Below are positions 52,078 through 59,445 of a stretch of 64,000 nucleotides of DNA, piece by piece; position 1 is the first letter of the stretch, and every line of letters begins with the position of its first letter. The position numbers were made by a program, and so were the translations under genes. This DNA comes from a virus. Under the pieces are notes generated by a model. The model searched no databases. It was not told the origin of the DNA and saw nothing but the letters and a program-made list of their open reading frames with translations. The stretch lies in IMG/VR virus record IMGVR_UViG_3300045988_154892. One strand, given 5' to 3'.

Positions 52078-52422
52078 ATGTACAAGAAAAACTACAAAGG
52101 ACGCTGTGAGAAAAAGTCTCTTTCTAAATGTGACACGATCTGCCGATGCTATAGCACCATCCAATCTGTTTATGCAGACAAACTGGAAACCGATCCATCT
52201 GTTCAATCCTTTCAATGTAACACGCCACTCGAAGATGAAGACTACACAACAGACTTCCTTATTACACGACAGGACGGCACGCAATATGTCCGAGAGTGTG
52301 TAGAACGAAGTCATCTGACCAGGCCCAAGCCACTTACAATCAAACTTCTGGACACATCACGTTCCTACTGGCTTGCCCATAACGTTCAAGATTGGGGGAT
52401 TGTAACAGATGCAGAAAGCTGA
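52078..52422 (+). CDS. tnsA: short TnsA-like protein (N-terminal nuclease fold only, catalytic residues apparently substituted)
   Basis: AAGGAGG SD upstream. STIQSVYADKLETDPSVQSF..TPL, YTTDFLI and SYW....WGIVTDAE align with Tn7 TnsA SDLE...FPL, STDFLV and RYW...WFIFTDKE (alignment from memory). 114 aa. Confidence 0.6.
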   Translation: MYKKNYKGRCEKKSLSKCDTICRCYSTIQSVYADKLETDPSVQSFQCNTPLEDEDYTTDFLITRQDGTQYVRECVERSHLTRPKPLTIKLLDTSRSYWLAHNVQDWGIVTDAES

Positions 52423-54142
52423 TATAGCCTATATCAATAACACGTTCTACAGAATTTTAAAGACATCAGATAACCAGACCCTTGTAATTGACTGTCTCCA
52501 TCCGAAAATGCCATTCTGGACGATCAGAACGCAATATACCCCATTGCCAGAGAAGCAATTATATGATGTTCTAAACATCACACCACCAGATGTGAAAGAC
52601 CTTACATCTGATCAGATGCGCATTGCACATGAGCGGTACACACTGATTGCACCAATTTTATACCACTTAGGAGAAAGCACAGCAACTGCAAACATCATCT
52701 CTTCCATCTCAGAAGAGCATAACATTAGTAAGCAGACCATCCGCCGCTATCTATATCAATATCTAATCTTTCAGACCATCACTGTACTTGCACCAAAAGT
52801 TCATACGAAAGAAAAGGTGCTGACTAAAGATGAGAAGAACATGAGATGGGCATTGAATAAGTTCTTCTATACACGCAGACAAAACAGTCTTGTGACAGCA
52901 TATGAGATGATGTTAAAAGAAAAGTATTGTGACAGCATGGGACAGCTACTATCCGATCATCCATCCTTTTATCAGTTCCGATACTTTTACCGGAAAACTA
53001 AGAAGCTCCAAACTTATTATATTTCCAGAGATGGACTGTCAAATTACCAGAGGAACAATCGTCCCTTGCTAGGAGATGGTATCCGTGAGTTCGCAACCAA
53101 TATCGGTACTGGTATGTTTGATTCCACCGTATGTGACATTTACCTTATTGACGAAACCGGTACCTTAAAAGGTCGTCCGATCCTAACCACTTGCATTGAT
53201 GCTTACAGCAGTATGTGTTATGGCTATGTTCTCTCATGGAATAACGATACAAAGAGTTTATGCCATCTGCTCCAAAATATACTTACCGACAAAACAGAAT
53301 GGTGTAGAAAGTTTGGTATCCCATTAGACAAATCCCAGTGGAACGTGCAAGAGTTACCGGGCATCTTTATCACTGATATGGGACGGGAATACACATCAGA
53401 ATCCTTTGCACAGATCACAGAAACAGGCGTGACTATGGTAAATCTTCCACCATACAGACCAGAGTTGAAAGGTGCTGTAGAGAAATTCTTTGACATCATT
53501 CAATCCATGTATAAACCACTTCTCAAGGGTAAAGGTGTGATTGATCCGGACTTCCAGGAACGAGGTGCAAGAGATTACAGATTAGATGCTTGCTTGACAA
53601 TGTTTGATTTTGAGAAGATCATCTTACGCTGTATCATTTACTATAACAGTCAACGGCTCATAGAACGATTCCCTTACACACAATCTATGATTCATGATGG
53701 AGTAAAGCCATATGCAGCCAGTTTATGGGAATGGGGAAGACGGCAACCAGGCGCAAATTTAATTTCATTCCCGCATGATACCGCGAAAATAATCCTATAT
53801 CTGCTCCCACGTACCATTGGGACATTCACTAGGCGTGGTCTAGTGGTAAAAGGGATGCGGTATAAACGGGATGATTGCGCCGAAAGATTCCTGCAAGGTG
53901 GAGATGTTAAGGTTGCTTACGATCCAGATGATGTATCTGTAGTATGGACAGTAGAGAAGGGCGAGTTTATTCCTTTTGAATTGGTTGAAAGCAGATATAA
54001 GAATAGAAAATTGGATGAAGTAGAGCAGATCAAAGAACAGAGCAAAACAACACTACGTTCTGAACAAATCAATGCAAGACAGGCGAAAATTAATTTGATG
54101 AATGAGATCGAGTTGATTGCTAGGGGAGGAGTTAAAAGATGA
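52409..54142 (+). CDS. tnsB: TnsB-like DDE transposase
   Basis: HTH ISKQTIRRYLYQY. DDE candidates CDIYLID, ITDMGREYTS and YRPELKGAVEKFF. Mu-transposase-type C-terminal barrel GLVVKGMRYKRD. Confidence 0.85.
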   Translation: MQKADIAYINNTFYRILKTSDNQTLVIDCLHPKMPFWTIRTQYTPLPEKQLYDVLNITPPDVKDLTSDQMRIAHERYTLIAPILYHLGESTATANIISSISEEHNISKQTIRRYLYQYLIFQTITVLAPKVHTKEKVLTKDEKNMRWALNKFFYTRRQNSLVTAYEMMLKEKYCDSMGQLLSDHPSFYQFRYFYRKTKKLQTYYISRDGLSNYQRNNRPLLGDGIREFATNIGTGMFDSTVCDIYLIDETGTLKGRPILTTCIDAYSSMCYGYVLSWNNDTKSLCHLLQNILTDKTEWCRKFGIPLDKSQWNVQELPGIFITDMGREYTSESFAQITETGVTMVNLPPYRPELKGAVEKFFDIIQSMYKPLLKGKGVIDPDFQERGARDYRLDACLTMFDFEKIILRCIIYYNSQRLIERFPYTQSMIHDGVKPYAASLWEWGRRQPGANLISFPHDTAKIILYLLPRTIGTFTRRGLVVKGMRYKRDDCAERFLQGGDVKVAYDPDDVSVVWTVEKGEFIPFELVESRYKNRKLDEVEQIKEQSKTTLRSEQINARQAKINLMNEIELIARGGVKR

Positions 54143-55347
54143 ACGGTAAATTACTTTCACAATTGCCTGATTTTTTATGTGAAAACGAATTAGTAGAACG
54201 ACTGAAGATATTACCAAACTATAATATAAACATTGCCAATGAAACAATACCAACTCGTCTTCTTGCGTTATCAGAATTATATGATATTTATATTCCATCA
54301 CAATTATCTGTTGATGTATATAATAAATTGTATATGGCATTACTCAGATCGATTAAGAAAAAAGAAAATGATATGATGGTAAAACAGCAAAGAATCGAAA
54401 ATACAACAAACACCATACAAACGTATAATGGTATTATAGGTGGTGCTGATTCGTTTACAATCATTGGAGTTTCTGGCATAGGGAAGAGTAGTGCTATTAC
54501 CAGAGCGATCTCATTGATTTTCGGAAATCATTTTATCGAAACAACAGACCCATATCAACGAATTGCTCCTTTTATACTTGTGCAATGCCCATTTGACTCT
54601 TCTGTAAAAAGTCTATTGTTAGAAATCGTTCGTATTCTTGATGCTACATTGGATGGAGATTATTTACAGATAGCACAACGGTATACGACGGATAGACTAA
54701 TCGGTTTTGTTAGCCAAATATGTTTAAATCATGTTGGGGTACTTATTGTTGATGAGATTCAAAATGTAGTTAATAATAAAAACGGTGATAAACTTATTGG
54801 GGCATTAACACAGATTATAAATAGTAGTGGAATTAGTGTAGGCATGGTTGGAACACCAGAATGTCTACATTGGTTTGAAAGCGCACCACATCTGGAACGA
54901 AGGACAATAGGCTTGCGATATTTACGGACTGATTATGATGATGATTTTATACATTTTTGCAAAAATCTATTAAAATTTCAATATGTGCAACAATACACAG
55001 AACCATCAGAAAAATTTATAAATTGGTTGTATGCTCATTCAAACGGAGTGACATCAACTGTTGTATCATTATTTTATAGAGCACAAGAATTAGCCATTAT
55101 GAGTAACACAGAGAAATTAAGTATTGATATTTTTAATGCGTCATACAATGGGCTGATGTCTATGCAAGTAGAAAAAGTGCAAAAGAAAAATAGTCAAACA
55201 GTCAATAAATCACATAAAGAAATAACAATTCATCATTCGAATGGTGTTAATATTGCTGACTTATACAATTATTCACAATCTAATAACTATGATCTCTTAA
55301 CTCTTATCAAAAATACTTTTACTGTTGAAGAGGTGGAAATATGTTAA
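54139..55347 (+). CDS. tnsC: TnsC/TniB-like AAA+ ATPase
   Basis: Walker A GVSGIGKSS, Walker B LIVDEIQN. 4-nt overlap with tnsB. Confidence 0.85.
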   Translation: MNGKLLSQLPDFLCENELVERLKILPNYNINIANETIPTRLLALSELYDIYIPSQLSVDVYNKLYMALLRSIKKKENDMMVKQQRIENTTNTIQTYNGIIGGADSFTIIGVSGIGKSSAITRAISLIFGNHFIETTDPYQRIAPFILVQCPFDSSVKSLLLEIVRILDATLDGDYLQIAQRYTTDRLIGFVSQICLNHVGVLIVDEIQNVVNNKNGDKLIGALTQIINSSGISVGMVGTPECLHWFESAPHLERRTIGLRYLRTDYDDDFIHFCKNLLKFQYVQQYTEPSEKFINWLYAHSNGVTSTVVSLFYRAQELAIMSNTEKLSIDIFNASYNGLMSMQVEKVQKKNSQTVNKSHKEITIHHSNGVNIADLYNYSQSNNYDLLTLIKNTFTVEEVEIC

Positions 55348-56825
55348 ATTATTTTCCTAAAATATATGACTATGAATTGTTCTATAGCATATATTCAAGA
55401 TTGAAACAAGATATAAATGTACAGAGCAATCAATCTTTTAAAGAAATCGTGTTTAAACGACCGAATGAATACATCGAAATATTTTATATAAACGAACCAA
55501 GTGACATACTACATTCTTTTATGTCAAAAAATTATATTATTAATGACTTATACTATAACCATACTATGTTTTTTTACTGGTCTGTATTTCTAAACGAATC
55601 GGATAAAGAAAATGCGTTGAGAAAGCTCATATCAAATGACAAAAGTTTTTTAGAATACCTTTCCCCAAGACCAAAACATAAACATCAAAAAATATTTCTA
55701 AAATATTGTCCATTATGTGCAAAAGAAAATCGAGAGCAATATCATGAAACATATTGGAATGCTTTCCATCAAATTCCAGAAATTAATGTTTGTGTAATTC
55801 ATGGATGTAAACTCAAAGATTCATCGGTTCATGTTAACAATTCAAGAATAATAAATTTTCTAACGGCTGAAAATTGCATTAATGATGATTATTCATATGA
55901 TATGGGAACCATCGGTGAAATCAAGGCTGCAAAATACCTATATCAATTGGTAGTAAGAAAACAGAGTCTTAAGAACGGTATTACGATGTTTGACGTATTT
56001 TACAGGAAGTTAATTCAAAAGAAATATATCAATCAGCTTTCATGGCTCCAACACAAGTCGGTATTTTTAAATAATTTTAAACAATATTTATCTGACAATA
56101 ACATAAAGGAAGCTTGTCAAATAAAAGCAATGAGTAATATATTCTTAAATAAAGCGAATCCACTTAGAACAATTCATATATTATTATTTTTAGATATACA
56201 AATATCTGATATTTTTGTATGCAAAACGGCGAAACAAATTGATTTGGAATTAATTGAAAGAATTCGATCAGAGTATACAAAAGATAACGGTATAAACAAA
56301 CTTGCGAAGCAATATCATATTTTACCTTGTAATGTAAGTAAAATAATTAACGGTCAATATGAAGTTGAAAAACAAAAATTAATAAGCCAAAATTATGCAC
56401 ATAGCAGCAGTAGGAATATACCGCCTAAAGGAAAGAGGCATTCTGAATTAGATAAAAAGTATTATCCTAAAATTGAATATTATATTGACTTATATTTTAA
56501 GAATTCTGACAAAGTTAGAAGATTAACTGTAGGAGGATTTAATGTTTTCATGCAACAAATTTGTCAGGACATCAGAAGAAATGATTTTTATTATATGCCA
56601 CAATGCTATAAGTATATTAAAACAAAAGAAAAACCAATAGAGGATTATTGGGTCGATAAAATAAAATATATTGTCGATCAAATTGACAGCGATTATATTT
56701 CATATAACGAATTAAAGGGTATGGTACACATAATAGAAAAAAATATGATAAAAGCTATGGATATACTACAATACAGATATCCTGAAACGTACCTAAAAAT
56801 ACAGAAAAATAATAAAAAAGCGTAA
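55341..56825 (+). CDS. tniQ: TniQ/TnsD-like target selector
   Basis: N-terminal TniQ motif YELFYSIYSRL. Zn module CPLCAKE..(19 aa)..CVIHGC. HTH-like INKLAKQYHILPCNVSKI. 494 aa, which is TnsD-size. Confidence 0.8.
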   Translation: MLNYFPKIYDYELFYSIYSRLKQDINVQSNQSFKEIVFKRPNEYIEIFYINEPSDILHSFMSKNYIINDLYYNHTMFFYWSVFLNESDKENALRKLISNDKSFLEYLSPRPKHKHQKIFLKYCPLCAKENREQYHETYWNAFHQIPEINVCVIHGCKLKDSSVHVNNSRIINFLTAENCINDDYSYDMGTIGEIKAAKYLYQLVVRKQSLKNGITMFDVFYRKLIQKKYINQLSWLQHKSVFLNNFKQYLSDNNIKEACQIKAMSNIFLNKANPLRTIHILLFLDIQISDIFVCKTAKQIDLELIERIRSEYTKDNGINKLAKQYHILPCNVSKIINGQYEVEKQKLISQNYAHSSSRNIPPKGKRHSELDKKYYPKIEYYIDLYFKNSDKVRRLTVGGFNVFMQQICQDIRRNDFYYMPQCYKYIKTKEKPIEDYWVDKIKYIVDQIDSDYISYNELKGMVHIIEKNMIKAMDILQYRYPETYLKIQKNNKKA

Positions 56826-56828
56826 AAA

Positions 56829-56877
56829 ATGGGGAATACCAAAATTAATTGATATTCCCCATAAAATTATTGCATCA
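56829..56877. repeat. inverted repeat / candidate distal transposon end
   Basis: ATGGGGAATA (56829-38) and TATTCCCCAT (56853-62) form a perfect 10-bp IR with a 14-nt spacer. The reverse complement reads TGCAATAATTTTATGGGGAATATCAATTAATTTTGGTATTCC, resembling the tnsA-side repeats. Confidence 0.45.
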
Positions 56878-57004
56878 TTTTATCTTATATGATATACTAT
56901 TTTTGCACTGATGAAACGGTTGTTTCATATGATGGTGAAAAAAGAATATTTTCTTTTCTGGCTGTCTGATGAAGGCGGCTTTTCTTATTTCACGCGTATA
57001 TTTA

Positions 57005-58762
57005 TTATAGTTTAACGCAGCATTCAATTGCTATCCATCCTGCACCAGATTTCAATTTACCCCATGTATATCCATCAGCAGTTTTTGTTTCTGTGATAGT
57101 ATATGTTCCAATAGGACAAGAACCAATGGCAATTCTAGCACTTAGACCAGCAGAAGCACGAACTCTGATACCATTTTCCTTAACTGCAATTTGAAATTCT
57201 TTATTTACAACAGTGCTATGCTTATCCAAGGCACCGACATAAGTACAGAAATCTTTGTCAATGCAAATCCAACCTGCACCAGATTTTAGCTTACCCCAGT
57301 ATGTATTTTTAATTTCAGTGATATTATAAGTTCCTTTATCACGAATGCTTCCAGTTGCACTTGCCTTGCTGGATGCATCGCTTCTAATTGTTAAAGCATC
57401 GCAATTAACTTTATATTTTCCTGCTTTGTATACGGGCGTAGCTGGCTTTGCGGTTGGTTTAGACACTGGTTTACTTGCAGTGGCTACTACACCAACATAC
57501 GTACAATATTCATCCGAAACATTGATCCAGCCAGCTCCAGATTTTAGTTTACCCCAACAATTATTCTTAATCTCTGTTATAGTATACTCTCCACGATCTC
57601 GAATAGTATTGACAACTTTTGAATTAACAGTTGCATCCGATCTGATATGAAGATCACAATTTACCTTATACATACCAACTTTATATGTTTTTGTTTGTGC
57701 TGGTGTGGACGGTGTAACAGTAGGAATGGAAGTAGAACCTAGCTTTGCTTTAAATTCGCTCCATGTCCAAGAAGTTTTATATTTATTGTTAGTAACATAT
57801 GGAGCAGGACAATATTTGTTAACAACATCATAATGTCTAAGTACATGATCCGTACCTACGCCAAGTTGTCCCATCAAATATTTTACTAATTGCACACAAG
57901 CATTTTGTGTTGCTTCTGTAAAGTACCATGTTGGATCTTCTGCATATTTTCCAGATCCATCACACTTAGGACACATCTCGATTCCGATACAGTTACTATT
58001 TCTTGCATATGGATGTTTTTGAGTATAGTATCCTGCAGTGCCTACTTGCCAAAGGATAGCATTATGATCTGCTGCTTTATAAATCGTACCATCCCAATAA
58101 ATATAGTAATGCGCACCACATCCATCTGAATTAATTTTATTATTTTGTCCTGCCACTCCAAGATAATGAACTACAATATATTGTTTTTGATTTCCCCATT
58201 GTGGGACATAAGGTCTGCTTGCATTTGTAACGTCAATAATATTCATATTCGAATTCTCCCTTCCGAGTTTATCAAAACGAGTTAAATCCCATCGTTCGAT
58301 CAAACTACAAATTTTATCTACATATTTAACATCTGTTGCATATCCGCCATTTTTGATGATCTGCGTTGCTGTTTTGTAGTCTTTGCAACCAGATAAACCC
58401 GCATATCTTTTTACTTTTCCATTCATCGCTCCATTGAGATAACAGGAATGGTCTTTGATGCTAGTCAGGATATCTGCATACTTTCGAAAATCAGCAGTTA
58501 CAACATAAACTTTCCCATCTTTGGTTTGCTCATTTGTTTTCTTCGTATATTTACTCTTTCCATCCCAAACAGAAGTCCATGTGTTACCAGAAAGACTTGT
58601 TTTCATTCCGAATAAATTATTTGCATTTTTTGCCAATTCGGTTGTTCCGTATCCAGATTCCAAGCAAGCCTGGGCAGTAGTAACTGATGCTAAAATTCTA
58701 TTTGTCTTCATATCTTCAGCGGCAAGCTTACCTATTTTTTCAACGAATTCTTTTTCTGTCAT
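57005..58762 (-). CDS. modular endolysin: glucosaminidase + amidase_2 + repeated SH3b domains
   Basis: N-terminal LASVTTAQACLESGYGTTELA..NNLFG is GH73-like. The central region has IVVHYLG and CIGIEMC (amidase_2). The WGKLKSGAGWI motif repeats 4 times in SH3b-like modules. Confidence 0.85.
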   Translation of the reverse strand: MTEKEFVEKIGKLAAEDMKTNRILASVTTAQACLESGYGTTELAKNANNLFGMKTSLSGNTWTSVWDGKSKYTKKTNEQTKDGKVYVVTADFRKYADILTSIKDHSCYLNGAMNGKVKRYAGLSGCKDYKTATQIIKNGGYATDVKYVDKICSLIERWDLTRFDKLGRENSNMNIIDVTNASRPYVPQWGNQKQYIVVHYLGVAGQNNKINSDGCGAHYYIYWDGTIYKAADHNAILWQVGTAGYYTQKHPYARNSNCIGIEMCPKCDGSGKYAEDPTWYFTEATQNACVQLVKYLMGQLGVGTDHVLRHYDVVNKYCPAPYVTNNKYKTSWTWSEFKAKLGSTSIPTVTPSTPAQTKTYKVGMYKVNCDLHIRSDATVNSKVVNTIRDRGEYTITEIKNNCWGKLKSGAGWINVSDEYCTYVGVVATASKPVSKPTAKPATPVYKAGKYKVNCDALTIRSDASSKASATGSIRDKGTYNITEIKNTYWGKLKSGAGWICIDKDFCTYVGALDKHSTVVNKEFQIAVKENGIRVRASAGLSARIAIGSCPIGTYTITETKTADGYTWGKLKSGAGWIAIECCVKL

Positions 58763-58818
58763 CTAATCGCCTTCTTTCACAAAAAATGAGAGATATCATA
58801 TAGATACCTCTCATCAAA

Positions 58819-59304
58819 TTATTTAAATCTAAAAATGGTTTTTCCAAAAATCTTATAATATGGTTTTTCTGATTTCTTTTGATTAAATATTGCCCATTCA
58901 ACCCAATCTAAAAATGGAATAAAAATAGCAGATAGAAATATCCAAATGAAACAAAACGGCAAGCAAATTTGCCCTTTGATATTGAATGGCATATTGCGAT
59001 AATCCCATATGGTATAGTCTCGATTTAGCGTAATGCCAACAATATATTCACCTACAGTAATGGCAATACTACAAATTAGAATCTGTGGTAAATAATCCAT
59101 ATCATATGAAAACATGTCATTTAAACCATCAATAAAAAATAAACCAGCAAAGCCTGCGAGTAAGAACATAGACCAATGTGATGTATGAGATTTTTTAAAC
59201 AGAACTTCCATTTCATAATAGACAATACCGGAGAATATAAAGATGAAAAGATGACATAAAAGAATTGTGTTCTCCCATGACGAATGTACCAATGTTTGAT
59301 ACAT
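58819..59304 (-). CDS. multi-pass membrane protein next to the endolysin (holin candidate)
   Basis: 161 aa with at least 4 hydrophobic helices. Position is consistent with a lysis cassette. The start is uncertain. Confidence 0.4.
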   Translation of the reverse strand: MYQTLVHSSWENTILLCHLFIFIFSGIVYYEMEVLFKKSHTSHWSMFLLAGFAGLFFIDGLNDMFSYDMDYLPQILICSIAITVGEYIVGITLNRDYTIWDYRNMPFNIKGQICLPFCFIWIFLSAIFIPFLDWVEWAIFNQKKSEKPYYKIFGKTIFRFK

Positions 59305-59445
59305 CTACAACTTTCTCTGAAATTGTAGCTGTTGAATGTTGGTCGCTCATTGGAGTCACTATGTAGTTTTCGTTTGAAATAAAGCTTTCATCCATTTAAT
59401 TAGTTCACCTCGTTTCTGAGTTTTGAAAATACAACAATATTTTTC

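Larger units (their letters stand above)
51618..56877 (+). mobile_element. Tn7-like transposon (tnsA-like, tnsB, tnsC, tniQ/tnsD; no cargo); boundaries approximate
   Basis: Four overlapping core genes at 52078-56825. Repeated TTTGGGTA(C/A) and TTGGGGAT motifs lie on the tnsA side, with inverted TACCAAAAT / TCCCCATAAAAT motifs after tniQ. The tnsA/tnsB part is less AT-rich than its flanks. No TSD was identified. Confidence 0.7.

Noticed and set aside
51864-52314. Track ORFs 51929..52303 (+), 51864..52055 (-) and 52030..52314 (-).
   Set aside because: They run through the transposon-end repeats and overlap tnsA, which has an AAGGAGG SD and family motifs. Their translations show no features.
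51613-56880. Attempt to assign exact transposon tips and a 5-bp target-site duplication.
   Set aside because: For each candidate tip (TTTTGGGG, TGTGCAAT/TGTGTAAT, TGCAAT on the far side) the flanking pentamers differ. The boundaries are therefore given only approximately.
57010-57700. Regularly spaced ~200-nt nucleotide repeats at the 3' end of the endolysin gene, which could be mistaken for an array.
   Set aside because: They encode repeated SH3b modules (WGKLKSGAGWI four times) in one open frame. This is not a CRISPR or non-coding array.
59213-59395. 60-aa minus-strand ORF with a GAGGTG SD, overlapping the start of membrane protein 58819..59304.
   Set aside because: It may be a real upstream gene, or the true N-terminus displaced by yet another indel. 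The sequence alone cannot decide, so it is not annotated.
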